From Actinobacteria bacterium 13_1_20CM_4_69_9 (GTDB lineage: Bacteria > Actinomycetota > Thermoleophilia > Gaiellales > Gaiellaceae), in contig MNJC01000092.1 of assembly GCA_001920085.1 (NCBI GenBank), positions 1 through 37,282 on the forward strand: a stretch of 37,282 nucleotides of DNA. The letters run 5' to 3'. This document shows, piece by piece, positions 7,721 to 16,923 of this stretch (within the stretch, counting starts at the first letter, position 1; every line of letters starts with the position of its first letter). Under the pieces are notes generated by a model that saw nothing but the letters and a program-made list of their open reading frames with translations, searched no databases and was not told where the DNA came from. A program made the position numbers and the translations under genes.

Positions 7721-9733
7721 GTGGCGACCGAAACCGATCTGATCATCCTCGACGGCTGCACGTTCTTCTACTCGAGCGAGAACGGAGACGTCGAGGCAGA
7801 GGACGCAGAGGGCCTCTTCTACCAGGACGTCCGCCACCTCTCGCGCTGGCACGTCCGCATCGACGGCGGCAAGCTCGAGCCGCTGACGAGCCGCCGCGTC
7901 GACTACTTCTCGGCGCGCGTCGTCGGGACGCCGCCGAAGCAAGGCGACGGCGCCGCGCCGATCTCCGTGCGCCGCGACCGCTTCGTCACGGAGGGCGCTC
8001 ACGAGGACGTAGTGCTCGAGAACCTCTCGGCCGACCCGCACGACGTCACGCTCGAGGTCACGTACGGCGCTGACTTCGCGGACGTGATGGAGGCGCAGTC
8101 GGGCGGCAACGGCGAGGGCAGGAGCTGGGCGGACTTGACGAAGCGGTCCGTGACTCTCTGGCACGACCGCGACGGCTACCGGCGCGGCACACTGTTGACG
8201 TTCAGCCGTCAGGGCCGCGTGCAGCGGAAAAAGGCGACGTTCCGCGTGCACCTGAAGCCGCGCGAGACGTGGAAGCTCTGCGTCGACGTGACGCCGATCG
8301 TCAACGGCGAGCGGAAGCCGCCGTTGCTCCGCTGCGACGCGTTTCACGATCACGCGCCGAAGATGCCTCAGAGCCTCGACGACTGGCTGAAGACAGCCCC
8401 GTACCTCGACACCGACGATCCGACGCTGGGACGAACGTACCGCCAGAGCCTCCTGGATCTCGCCGCACTCCGCGTGCGACCGGACAGCTTGACGATCAAG
8501 TGGGCGATGCCCGGCGGCGGGCTGCCGTGGTTCATGACGGTCTTCGGGCGCGACAGCCTGATCACGGCGTACGAGTCGATGCACATCCATGCGGAGATGG
8601 CGCAGGCGACGCTCGAAGCGCTCGCCGAGCTGCAGGCGACCGAATGGGACAGCTGGCGCGACGCAGAGCCCGGCAAGATGCTCCACGAGCTCCGCCGCGG
8701 CACGCTCGCGGCGCTCAACCGCGTGCCACACTCGCCGTACTACGGGTCGCACGACTCGACGATCCTCTGGCTCATCGTGCTCGACGAGTTCGAGCGCTGG
8801 ACCGCGGACACGGCGTTCGTCAGGCGCATGGAGAAGCACGCGCGTGCCGCGCTCGGGTGGCTCGAGGGGCCGGCCGACCTCGACGGCGACGGCTACGTCG
8901 AGTACCGCAAGCGCTCGGACTCGGACAAGGCACTCGACAACCATTGCTGGAAGGACTCGTCGAAGTCGATCCTCTTCGCCGACGGCCGCCAGGCCGAGCC
9001 GCCGATCGCCGTCTGCGAGCACCAGGGCTACGCGTACGACGCCCGTCTGCGCGTGGCGCGGCTGATGCGGGAGGTCTGGGACGACGAGGACGAGGCCGAG
9101 CGCCTCGAACACGACGCCGCGAAGCTCAAGCGGCGATTCAACAAGGACTTCTGGAGCTCTTCCCGGCGGCACTACGTGCTTGCCCTCGACAAGGACAAGC
9201 AGCAGGTCGACTCGCTGACGTCGAACATCGGCCACCTGCTCTGGAGCGGCATCGTCGACGAGGCGCGGGCCGGTGCGATGGTTCGACGGCTGATGCGCGA
9301 CGACATGTTCAGCGGCTGGGGCATCCGCACCATGTCCGCGGAGGACGCCGGCTACAACCCGCTCGAGTACCACAACGGGACCGTGTGGCCGCACGACACC
9401 GCCATCGCTGCCGAGGGCATGCGCCGCTACGGCTTCACGGACGAGGCGGCGAAGCTGTGCGAGGCGCTCCTCGATGCCGCACGCGCGTTCACCAACCAGC
9501 TGCCGGAGGTGTTCGCAGGCTTTCCGCGCGACGAGACCAACGTCCCGATCGAGTATCCGGACGCGCTCAAGCCGCAGGCGTGGGCCGCGGCGGCACCGCT
9601 GCTCGCCCTACGGACGCTGATCGGCCTCGACGTCGTCGGCGAGCGGCTCCGCTCGCGCCCGCTTGAGTCGAAGTTCGGCAAGCTGCGGCTGCGCAACGTC
9701 ACCGTGCGCGGCTCGCACGTCGACGCGCCCTGA
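7721..9733 (+). CDS. Amylo-alpha-1,6-glucosidase / glycogen-debranching-enzyme-like glycoside hydrolase (GDE_N-like + GDE_C (alpha/alpha)6 domain)
   Basis: ORF 7721-9733 has a GTG start. The N-terminal beta region (LIILDGCTFFYSS...) and the C-terminal barrel (…WSGWGIRTMS…GYNPLEYHNGTVWPHDT…) resemble bacterial GDE-type hydrolases. The substrate is unknown. Confidence 0.75.
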   Translation: MATETDLIILDGCTFFYSSENGDVEAEDAEGLFYQDVRHLSRWHVRIDGGKLEPLTSRRVDYFSARVVGTPPKQGDGAAPISVRRDRFVTEGAHEDVVLENLSADPHDVTLEVTYGADFADVMEAQSGGNGEGRSWADLTKRSVTLWHDRDGYRRGTLLTFSRQGRVQRKKATFRVHLKPRETWKLCVDVTPIVNGERKPPLLRCDAFHDHAPKMPQSLDDWLKTAPYLDTDDPTLGRTYRQSLLDLAALRVRPDSLTIKWAMPGGGLPWFMTVFGRDSLITAYESMHIHAEMAQATLEALAELQATEWDSWRDAEPGKMLHELRRGTLAALNRVPHSPYYGSHDSTILWLIVLDEFERWTADTAFVRRMEKHARAALGWLEGPADLDGDGYVEYRKRSDSDKALDNHCWKDSSKSILFADGRQAEPPIAVCEHQGYAYDARLRVARLMREVWDDEDEAERLEHDAAKLKRRFNKDFWSSSRRHYVLALDKDKQQVDSLTSNIGHLLWSGIVDEARAGAMVRRLMRDDMFSGWGIRTMSAEDAGYNPLEYHNGTVWPHDTAIAAEGMRRYGFTDEAAKLCEALLDAARAFTNQLPEVFAGFPRDETNVPIEYPDALKPQAWAAAAPLLALRTLIGLDVVGERLRSRPLESKFGKLRLRNVTVRGSHVDAP

Positions 9734-9742
9734 AGAAACGTC

Positions 9743-11572
9743 CTACTCGACGGTGACGGTCTTCGCCAGGTTCCGAGGCTGATCCACGTTCAGCCCGCGC
9801 AGGCGCGCGATCCGGTATGCGAGCAGCTGGAGCGGCACCACGGCGAGCACGGCCTGCAGGAACGCAGGCGTCCTCGGGATGTAGATGACGTCGTCTGCGT
9901 GGTGCTGGATGTCCTCGTTGCCGTCGGTGGCGATCGCGATGACCTGCGCCCCGCGCGCACGGACTTCCTGGATGTTCGAGACGACCTTGTCGTAGACAAC
10001 CTTCTGGTCGGTCGCGATGCACACGACCGGCGTCTCGGAGTCGAGGAGCGCGATCGGGCCGTGTTTCATCTCGCCCGCCGAGTAGCCCTCGGTCGGGATG
10101 TAGGAGATCTCCTTCAGCTTGAGCGCGCCCTCGAGCGCGACCGGCAGCCCGATGTGGCGGCCGAGGTAGAGGAAGAACGGCTTCTGGTAATGGCGCTCGG
10201 CGATCTCGTCGATCGGGTGGTCGCCGTCCAGGAAGTGCTCCATGCGTTCGGGAAGGTCGTACAGCTCCTCGAGGATGAACTCGATCTCGGCCGCCGGCAG
10301 CGTGCGCCGCACCTGGGCGAGCTTCAACGCGATCAGCGACAGCAGCGCGCTCTGCGCCGTGAACGTCTTCGTCGCGGCGACGCCGATCTCGAGGCCGGCG
10401 CGCGTGTAGAGCACGGAGTCGACCTCCCGGGTGATCTGCGTCCCGAGCTGGTTCGTGATCGCAAGCGTGCGTGCCCCCTGCTCGCGCGCGAGCCGCATTG
10501 CGGCGATCGTGTCGGCTGTCTCGCCCGATTGACTGATGCCGATGACGAGCGTGTCCTTGGAGAGCACCGGGTTGCGATACCGCCACTCGCTCGCGATGTC
10601 CGGCTCGACCGGGATGCGCGCCCACTCCTCGATGATGTAGCGGCCGACGACCCCCGCGTGGTACGCGGTGCCGCACGCGACGATGACGATCCGGCGCAGA
10701 TTCTGGATCTCGAGCTCGGTCAGGCCGATGCCGTCGAGCACGAGCTTGCCGCGGCGCGCCCGGTCGCCGATCGTCTCGCTGACCGCGTCCGGCTGTTCGT
10801 AGATCTCCTTGAGCATGAACGTCTCGTAGCCGCCCTTCTCGGCGACTTCGTCGTCCCAATCGATCGGCTCGACGTCCTTGTGCTCGACCTCGCCGTCCTG
10901 CGTGAAGAACCGTGCACCTTCGCGCGTGATCGCCACGATCTCGCCCTCGTCGATCAGCTGCACGCGGCGCGTCTCGGCGAGAAACGCCGCGACCGCCGAC
11001 GCGAGGTACATCTCGCCGTCTCCGACGCCGACGACGAGCGGACATTGCCGTCGCGCGCCCACGAGCAGGCCGGGCTCGTCGTTGTGGATGACGACGAACG
11101 CAAAGTGTCCCTCGAGCTCGCCGTAGGCGGCGCGCACTGCGGCGATCAAGTCACCGTCGTAGTGGCGCTCGACGAGATGCGTGACGACTTCGGCGTCGGT
11201 CTCGGAGTTGAACGTGTGGCCGTCGGCAATCAGCGATTCGCGCAGCTCGCGATAGTTCTCGACGATGCCGTTCAGCACGACCGCGACGCGCCCGCCGTCG
11301 CAGCCTGCGAGCGGATGCGCGTTCTGCTCGGTGACCGCACCGTGCGTGGCCCAGCGTGTGTGTCCGAGGCCGTGGCTCGAGACGGAGCCGTTCGTGCCCG
11401 CCGCAGCTTTCAGGTTGCTCAGGTTGCCAACGGCACGGACGTAATCGATGCCGCCGTTCTCGCGCAGCGCGATTCCGGCGGAGTCGTATCCGCGGTACTC
11501 GAGCCGCTCGAGCCCACGCAGCAGCAGATCCTTCGCGGGCCTATCCCCGACGTACCCGATGATGCCGCACAC
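9743..11572 (-). CDS. glmS: Glutamine--fructose-6-phosphate aminotransferase (isomerizing)
   Basis: ORF 9743-11572 has a GTG start. MCGIIGY gives the N-terminal Cys nucleophile, followed by tandem SIS domains and a C-terminus …AKTVTVE. A GAGGAGGG Shine-Dalgarno lies 5 nt upstream. Confidence 0.95.
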   Translation of the reverse strand: MCGIIGYVGDRPAKDLLLRGLERLEYRGYDSAGIALRENGGIDYVRAVGNLSNLKAAAGTNGSVSSHGLGHTRWATHGAVTEQNAHPLAGCDGGRVAVVLNGIVENYRELRESLIADGHTFNSETDAEVVTHLVERHYDGDLIAAVRAAYGELEGHFAFVVIHNDEPGLLVGARRQCPLVVGVGDGEMYLASAVAAFLAETRRVQLIDEGEIVAITREGARFFTQDGEVEHKDVEPIDWDDEVAEKGGYETFMLKEIYEQPDAVSETIGDRARRGKLVLDGIGLTELEIQNLRRIVIVACGTAYHAGVVGRYIIEEWARIPVEPDIASEWRYRNPVLSKDTLVIGISQSGETADTIAAMRLAREQGARTLAITNQLGTQITREVDSVLYTRAGLEIGVAATKTFTAQSALLSLIALKLAQVRRTLPAAEIEFILEELYDLPERMEHFLDGDHPIDEIAERHYQKPFFLYLGRHIGLPVALEGALKLKEISYIPTEGYSAGEMKHGPIALLDSETPVVCIATDQKVVYDKVVSNIQEVRARGAQVIAIATDGNEDIQHHADDVIYIPRTPAFLQAVLAVVPLQLLAYRIARLRGLNVDQPRNLAKTVTVE

Positions 11573-11641
11573 GTCGCCCTCCTCGGTTTGGTCTCGAAAA
11601 CGGCAAAAGCCCGGCTGCGCGGCGTCCCAGCACCGAGACGT

Positions 11642-12904
11642 CTAGCCGAGCTCTCGTCGTACGAGAGCCGCGATGGTAGCACAGAGATTGGCCGCTTCTT
11701 CCCTGTCGCGCGCTTCCGCAAGCACTCTGACGACGGGCTCCGTGCCGGAAGGACGCACCAGAACACGGCCGCGGCCGCTCAACTCGGCGTTTGCCGCGCT
11801 GACAGTCTGGACCAGGCTTTCGGTCAGGGTTTTCGAGCGCACGCGGACGTTCTCCTTCACCTGAGGGTGGCGGGGCATGACGGCCGCCGCCTCGGCGAGC
11901 GAGCGTCCCCGGAGCGCACGGCACAGTGCCAACGCGGCAACGAGCCCGTCGCCCGTGACGTGTCCGTCGAGATAGATGATGTGGCCGGACTGCTCTCCGC
12001 CCAGCTTGCCGCCGTTCGCGCGCATCGTCTCGAGCACGTAGCGGTCGCCGACCTCGTCGGTCGTGTACGTCTGGATGCCGTGCTCGGACATCAGCTCGTG
12101 GAAGCCGAGGTTCGTCATCGGCGTGACGGTGACCGACTCGACGCCGAGATTAAGGGCGAGGATCGCGACGATCGTGTCGCCGTCGACGACGTCGCCGTTC
12201 GCGTCGACTGCGAGCATGCGGTCGCCGTCGCCGTCGAACGCGACTCCGAGGTCGAGCCCTTCGCGTGTGACGAGCGCCTGCAGCGCGCGGAGGTCGGTCG
12301 CGCCGCACTCGACGTTGATGTTGGTTCCGTCCGGATCGTTTCCGATCGTCTCAACCTTGGCCCCGAGCTGTTCTAACGCTGTCGGCGCGAGGCCGGCGTA
12401 TGCGCCGTTGGCAGAGTCGACTCCGATGTGCAGTCCCGAGAGATCCGAGCCGAAGCGCTCGAGCACGTGCTCGAGGTAGCTGTCCGTGGCGACGCCGACC
12501 TCGTCTATCTCGCCCCCGCCCGTCCCGGGCGCGTCGAGCAGGGCCTCGATCTGCTCTTCCTGCTCGTCGGTCAGCTTCTGGCCGTCGCGGTCGAAGAACT
12601 TCACGCCGTTGTACTCGGGCGGGTTGTGCGAAGCGGTGATCACGCAGCCGAGGTCGAGCGTCAGCAGCGCGACGGCGGGTGTCGGCAGGACGCCGGCAAC
12701 GACGGCGTTGCCGCCGGCCGACGCAATGCCGTGCGCCAGCGCCCCCTCCAGCTCGACGCCGGAAGCACGCGTGTCGCGCCCGATGAAGATCCGTCCGCGA
12801 CCCGACCACAGCGTGGCCGCACGGCCGAGGCGCTCGACGAGATCTGCGGTCAGGTCCTCGCCGACGATGCCACGGACACCGTCCGTGCCGAAATACCTAC
12901 GCAA
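11642..12904 (-). CDS. glmM: Phosphoglucosamine mutase
   Basis: The start is TTG 12904 within ORF 11642-13219, 5 nt after the rpsI stop. Motifs present are RRYFGTDGVRG, the phosphoserine loop TASHNPPEYNG, GDGDR and GEQSGH. Confidence 0.9.
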   Translation of the reverse strand: MRRYFGTDGVRGIVGEDLTADLVERLGRAATLWSGRGRIFIGRDTRASGVELEGALAHGIASAGGNAVVAGVLPTPAVALLTLDLGCVITASHNPPEYNGVKFFDRDGQKLTDEQEEQIEALLDAPGTGGGEIDEVGVATDSYLEHVLERFGSDLSGLHIGVDSANGAYAGLAPTALEQLGAKVETIGNDPDGTNINVECGATDLRALQALVTREGLDLGVAFDGDGDRMLAVDANGDVVDGDTIVAILALNLGVESVTVTPMTNLGFHELMSEHGIQTYTTDEVGDRYVLETMRANGGKLGGEQSGHIIYLDGHVTGDGLVAALALCRALRGRSLAEAAAVMPRHPQVKENVRVRSKTLTESLVQTVSAANAELSGRGRVLVRPSGTEPVVRVLAEARDREEAANLCATIAALVRRELG

Positions 12905-12909
12905 GTTCC

Positions 12910-13305
12910 CTAACGCTTGCTGAACTGCGGCGCCTTGCGCGCCTTGTGCAGGCCGGCCTTCTTGCGCTCGACGATACGAGCGTCGCGGGTGAGAAAGCCT
13001 GCGCGCTTGAGCGGTACACGTAGCTCCGGATCGGCCTCGACGAGCGCGCGTGCGATGCCATGCCGCACTGCGCCGGCCTGACCGCTCGGGCCGCCGCCGT
13101 GCACGCGCACGCGGATGTCGTACGTGCCTTCGACGCCGACGGTCTGCAGCGGCGCGAGCGCGATCGTCCGGTGTGCCTGCCGCGGGAAGTAGTCCTCGAT
13201 CGTGCGGCCGTTGAACCACGTCGTCCCGTCGCCGGGGCGCAGGATCACGCGCGCGACCGACGTCTTGCGCTTACCGGTTCCGCGGTATTGCGCGATGGTG
13301 CTCAT
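12910..13305 (-). CDS. rpsI: 30S ribosomal protein S9
   Basis: The start is ATG 13305 within ORF 12910-13698. It ends …[17 protein letters not shown]. The start forms an ATGA overlap with the rplM stop. Confidence 0.95.
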   Translation of the reverse strand: MSTIAQYRGTGKRKTSVARVILRPGDGTTWFNGRTIEDYFPRQAHRTIALAPLQTVGVEGTYDIRVRVHGGGPSGQAGAVRHGIARALVEADPELRVPLKRAGFLTRDARIVERKKAGLHKARKAPQFSKR

Positions 13306-13739
13306 GCATCCTCCCAGCTGAGCGGCTTTGGCGACTGCGGGGCGTGCGGATGCTCCGGGCCGGCGTAGATCTTCAGCTTCGTGATCTGTTGACGGGCGAG
13401 CCGGTTCTTCGGGAGCATTCCCTTCACGGCGCGGCGCAGGACCTCCTCCGGACGACGGTCGAGCTGCTCGCGCAGCGTTCGGCTGCGCAGCCCGCCCGGG
13501 TAGCCGGAGTGCCGGTAGTAGCGCTTCTGGTCGAGCTTGTTGCCGGTGACCTGGATCTTCTCGGCGTTGACGACGACGACGAAGTCGCCGGTGTCGACGT
13601 GCGGCGTGTAGGCCGGCTTGCCCTTGCCGCGCAGCGTGTCGGCGATACGCGTCGCCAGGCGTCCGAGGGTCTGGCCCTCGGCGTCGACGACGTACCACTC
13701 ACGGGCGATCTCGCCTGGCTTTGCGGTGTAGGTCTTCAT
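13302..13739 (-). CDS. rplM: 50S ribosomal protein L13
   Basis: ORF 13302-13739 begins [20 protein letters not shown]…, a typical L13. Confidence 0.95.
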   Translation of the reverse strand: MKTYTAKPGEIAREWYVVDAEGQTLGRLATRIADTLRGKGKPAYTPHVDTGDFVVVVNAEKIQVTGNKLDQKRYYRHSGYPGGLRSRTLREQLDRRPEEVLRRAVKGMLPKNRLARQQITKLKIYAGPEHPHAPQSPKPLSWEDA

Positions 13740-13760
13740 CGGAGAAGTAAAAAGCGGCGC

Positions 13761-14291
13761 TCAGAGGCGCCCGCCGGCGGCGAATCGTAGCAGCCCCGCC
13801 CGGAATTCGGCCGCGCCGCCGTGGCTCGGATGGCGCAGATAGGCGGCTCCCGTGGCCTCGGCAGCCAGGCGGCCCACGGCGACGATCCGCCGGCCCGAGG
13901 CGATCTCCACCAGGAACGGCCGGCCGGCGGCCACCTCGGCCCGCGTCGGGCGACGGTTCGAGCTCGCCGTGCCGGGATGGGTGGGGACGACGTTCCAGCA
14001 GACCGCCTCCAGCCCCAGCTCGCCGAGCGTCCCCTGGACGATCGTCGCTGTCGCCTCCGCAGGCCCAGAGCCCGTCAGCTGCCGCTCGGACGTGAACGGG
14101 ATTCCGGAGACGCGGGCACCCCGGTAGCCGGCGGCCTCGCCGACGAGGAGCAGCTCCGCGCCGGCGCGCTCCTCGAGGTAGGCGCGCAGGCGCCGCCGGC
14201 GGACGTCGGCGCCGTCACCGTCGCGATAGAAGTTGAACGTCGTCCCGATCTCGACCGAGGCGAGGCGCCGGACGAACCTTTCGCGGTCCAT
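13761..14291 (-). CDS. Uracil-DNA glycosylase superfamily protein
   Basis: The start is ATG 14291 within ORF 13761-15830; the rest of that ORF is antisense shadow. GEAAGYRGARVSGIPFT (motif-A-like) and HPSHGG (motif-B-like) are present. Confidence 0.65.
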   Translation of the reverse strand: MDRERFVRRLASVEIGTTFNFYRDGDGADVRRRRLRAYLEERAGAELLLVGEAAGYRGARVSGIPFTSERQLTGSGPAEATATIVQGTLGELGLEAVCWNVVPTHPGTASSNRRPTRAEVAAGRPFLVEIASGRRIVAVGRLAAEATGAAYLRHPSHGGAAEFRAGLLRFAAGGRL

Positions 14292-14297
14292 GACGTC

Positions 14298-14305
14298 ACT
14301 ATGCT
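14298..14305. promoter_or_regulatory. Overlapping divergent -10-like hexamers (UDG-like gene / BNR gene)
   Basis: On the minus strand, CATAGT (14303-14298) is followed by 6 nt and then ATG 14291. On the plus strand, TATGCT (14300-14305) is followed by 7 nt and then GTG 14313. Confidence 0.4.
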
Positions 14306-14312
14306 CATGCGC

Positions 14313-16043
14313 GTGAGAGGACGGGTCGCGGCGCTCGCCGCCGCCTGCGCCGGGGTCTGTATCGGAAGCGCGCACGCGGCTCCGCCGCAAGGCTTTCAAT
14401 CCGATTCGGCGTTTGCGGGCAGTTACGCGGCGCGCGCGGTCACCAGCGTTCCCGCGACGACCCAGCGCGTCAGCTGTTACACGCCCGAAGTGCTCTACGC
14501 CGGCAGCCTGTCGCCCTCGCAGGGCTACCCCGACGGCGGGTCGACGCCGTGCGCCGGCGCTGCGACGACCGGCGAGCTGATCGGCCCGTTCGGGACGCAG
14601 AACGTCGCGAACCCGCCGTTGCGCGTCAAGGACTTCTCCGAGTCGGACCTCCACGTCGACCCGACCAACCCACAGCATCTGATCGCTGTCAGCAAGTGGT
14701 TCGTGAACTCCGAGGGCTACAACCACCTCGCGGGGTTCTACGAGTCGTACGACGGCGGGGCGACCTGGCCGCAGCAAGGACACGTCCCCGGTTACGAAGG
14801 CTGGACCGACAACTCCGATCCCGTCGGTGCGTTCGATCCGTGGGGCAACTTCTACGCCGTCCTCCTCCCGTACATGTTCCGCTACTTGGTGACGGGCGAG
14901 CACTTCTTCCTCGCGCCGGACGTCAACCCGGCGCTGTCGCGCTCGGGGATGGCCGTCGCAGTGCGGCCCCGCGGCGCTGCGACGCCCGCAGCGTGGAACG
15001 TGCTGCACAACGGCGCGCCGGACCTGATCCGCCGCACGCCGTTCAACGGTGCGCAGGTCTTCGACAAGCAGTGGATCGCGATCGACCGTAACCCGCGCAG
15101 CCGGCACTTCGGCCGGGTCTACGTCTCCTGGGCGATCGGGACGAGCGACGCCGGCCTGCGCATCTACGTCTCCTACGCCGACGGACGGCGAAACGGAACG
15201 CACACGAACTGGTCTGCGCCGAAGCGAGTGATGCAGCAGCGCCGTGGCATCGGTGACAACGGCTCGCTTCCCCGCGTGACCCCCGACGGCCGGGTCTGGC
15301 TTGCGACTTCGAGCACGGTGAGCTTCGGCGCGCCGTTCACGATGTCGTTCACGTCGTCGGGCGACGGCGGACGGACGTGGGCAAAGCGACGCGTGATCGT
15401 CCGCCACAACGTCGACGGCTACAAGAACACGACGTTCCGCTCCGCGTTCGGCGAGGCGTTCGAGGTCGGCACGCGGAAGGTCGGGCGCTTCTATCCGCTC
15501 TACGCGGTCTACGAGAACTCGACGAGCAACGGCCCGACAGCGCTCTTCGTCCGCGCCTCGTTCGACGGAGGCAGGCACTGGCGCGCACCGCTCCAGGTGA
15601 ACGACAACCAGGGCGACGGCGAGGCGCTGCAGCCGAACATCGCCGTCGCGCCGAACGGACGCGTCGCGGTGGCGTTCTACGATCGCCGGCTCCCGTGCCC
15701 GGAGCGCAGCACGCCGGAAGCGACGGTCGCGGGGCTCCTCTTCGATCCGCGGGCGCCGTTCGGGCGGGCGAACTACTGCATCAACACGGCAATCCAGTTC
15801 TACACGCCGGCGCTCAGGCCGCTCGGCCACAACATCCGGCTCTCACCGCACACCTGGGATCCCCAGCTCTCCTCCCCGCACCCGGAGTGCATCTGCACGA
15901 ACGGCACCTTTCTCGGCGACTACTTCGGCGTCGACTCGCGCGGCGGCTTCACCTACACGACGTCGGTCGAGACCTACAACGCCGCCGGGGAGAACCCCGG
16001 CTACCACCAGCAGCAGCTGGTCTCGAAGCTCCAGACGCCGTAG
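14313..16043 (+). CDS. Secreted BNR/Asp-box repeat protein (sialidase-like beta-propeller)
   Basis: It lies in the frame of ORF 13821-16043. The signal peptide is …AALAAACAGVCIGSAHA/AP. There are three Asp-box motifs (SYDGGATW, SGDGGRTW, SFDGGRHW). GTG 14313 is preferred as start because of a TATGCT hexamer 7 nt upstream. ATG 14301 and 14307 are alternatives. Confidence 0.7.
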   Translation: MRGRVAALAAACAGVCIGSAHAAPPQGFQSDSAFAGSYAARAVTSVPATTQRVSCYTPEVLYAGSLSPSQGYPDGGSTPCAGAATTGELIGPFGTQNVANPPLRVKDFSESDLHVDPTNPQHLIAVSKWFVNSEGYNHLAGFYESYDGGATWPQQGHVPGYEGWTDNSDPVGAFDPWGNFYAVLLPYMFRYLVTGEHFFLAPDVNPALSRSGMAVAVRPRGAATPAAWNVLHNGAPDLIRRTPFNGAQVFDKQWIAIDRNPRSRHFGRVYVSWAIGTSDAGLRIYVSYADGRRNGTHTNWSAPKRVMQQRRGIGDNGSLPRVTPDGRVWLATSSTVSFGAPFTMSFTSSGDGGRTWAKRRVIVRHNVDGYKNTTFRSAFGEAFEVGTRKVGRFYPLYAVYENSTSNGPTALFVRASFDGGRHWRAPLQVNDNQGDGEALQPNIAVAPNGRVAVAFYDRRLPCPERSTPEATVAGLLFDPRAPFGRANYCINTAIQFYTPALRPLGHNIRLSPHTWDPQLSSPHPECICTNGTFLGDYFGVDSRGGFTYTTSVETYNAAGENPGYHQQQLVSKLQTP

Positions 16044-16053
16044 CGGGTGGCGC

Positions 16054-16638
16054 CTAGTCCCAGCGCTCCCAATGGACGAGGTCGTCCACCGGTCTGCGTG
16101 CCTGCGTGAGGCGGCTCGTGAGGGCGTCCCAGCTCGAGTCGTCGGCCGCCTTGCCGATCGTGATGCAGCAGGTGACGGCGACGTCGCTCGGGATGTGGAG
16201 CAGCTCCTTGAACGGCTCCATCGCCTCGGCGAAGACGCCGAAGAGGCCTGCCGCATAGCCCTCGTCGATCGCAGCGAGCAGGATCAGCATCGCGGCGGCG
16301 CCGGCGTCGAAGTGCCAGTACGGAACAGGCCACTCGATCTCGCGTCCTTCGACGAGCTTGTCGGGTTTCGTGTAGCGCTCGTGGTAGTCGTCCTCGCGGA
16401 CGCCGACGACGACCAGCACGGGCGCCTCGCCGACCCACTGGCGGTCGCCGAGAATGTCGCCGATCGCGTCGCGCGTCGGCTGCTCGGTGACGACCAGCAG
16501 CCGCTGGCCCTGGCTGAAGCCGGCGCTCGGCGCCCGGCGCACCGTCGAGACGATCCGCTCGATCGCGTCGTGCGGAACGGGGTCTGGCCGGTACGCGCGC
16601 ACCATCCTGCGGCGCGCGAGGATTTCCGTCAGCTCCAC
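16054..16638 (-). CDS. Nitroreductase family protein
   Basis: It lies in the frame of ORF 16054-16689. The nitroreductase-like N-terminus is ELTEILARRRMVRAYRPDPV. GTG 16638 is preferred as start: a TATTCT hexamer lies 6 nt upstream and this avoids overlap with acyP. GTG 16689 is the alternative. Confidence 0.75.
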   Translation of the reverse strand: MELTEILARRRMVRAYRPDPVPHDAIERIVSTVRRAPSAGFSQGQRLLVVTEQPTRDAIGDILGDRQWVGEAPVLVVVGVREDDYHERYTKPDKLVEGREIEWPVPYWHFDAGAAAMLILLAAIDEGYAAGLFGVFAEAMEPFKELLHIPSDVAVTCCITIGKAADDSSWDALTSRLTQARRPVDDLVHWERWD

Positions 16639-16643
16639 CGGGC

Positions 16644-16650
16644 GAGAATA
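16644..16650. promoter_or_regulatory. Overlapping divergent -10-like hexamers (acyP / nitroreductase)
   Basis: On the plus strand, GAGAAT (16644-16649) is followed by 7 nt and then GTG 16657. On the minus strand, TATTCT (16650-16645) is followed by 6 nt and then GTG 16638. Confidence 0.4.
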
Positions 16651-16656
16651 CGGCCT

Positions 16657-16923
16657 GTGATCCGCCGCCGAGTCGTCGTCCACGGCCACGTGCAGGGTGT
16701 GTTCTTTCGCGACTCTCTGCGACGGCTCGCGCAGCAGCGCGGCGTCGGCGGTTGGGCCGCGAACCGTGCGGACGGCGCGGTCGAGGCCGTGTTCGAGGGC
16801 GAGCCCGACGCAGTCGAGCGCCTCGTCGACTTCTGCCGCTCAGGACCGCGCGGGGCACGCGTCGACCGTCTCGACGTTGTCGAAGAAGAACCGGAGGGCT
16901 TGTCTAAATTCGCCGTGGCTTAG
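16657..16923 (+). CDS. acyP: Acylphosphatase
   Basis: The start is GTG 16657 within ORF 16072-16923. VVVHGHVQGVFFR…GWAANRADGAVEAVFEG is the acylphosphatase signature. It is 88 aa. Confidence 0.8.
   Translation: MIRRRVVVHGHVQGVFFRDSLRRLAQQRGVGGWAANRADGAVEAVFEGEPDAVERLVDFCRSGPRGARVDRLDVVEEEPEGLSKFAVA

Noticed and set aside
6515-9394. A 959-aa minus-strand ORF spanning the STAS, aquaporin and GDE loci
   Set aside because: It is antisense to three well-supported plus-strand genes. The translation is Arg/Pro/Gly/Ala-rich with no recognisable motifs. Such long open shadow frames are expected in very GC-rich DNA.
11573-11641. A possible glmS ribozyme or riboswitch upstream of glmS
   Set aside because: The glmM-glmS spacer is only 69 nt, far shorter than a glmS ribozyme. 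I see none of its conserved core, only a Shine-Dalgarno (GAGGAGGG) and weak local pairing.
9899-12376. An 825-aa plus-strand ORF
   Set aside because: It is antisense to glmS and glmM, both unambiguous. The composition is Arg/Asp/Leu-rich shadow with no motifs.
14292-15830. The long N-terminal extension of minus-strand ORF 13761-15830 (689 aa)
   Set aside because: Only the last 176 codons (from ATG 14291) look like a UDG-superfamily protein. The rest is Arg-rich and antisense to the BNR-repeat gene, which has a signal peptide and Asp-boxes.
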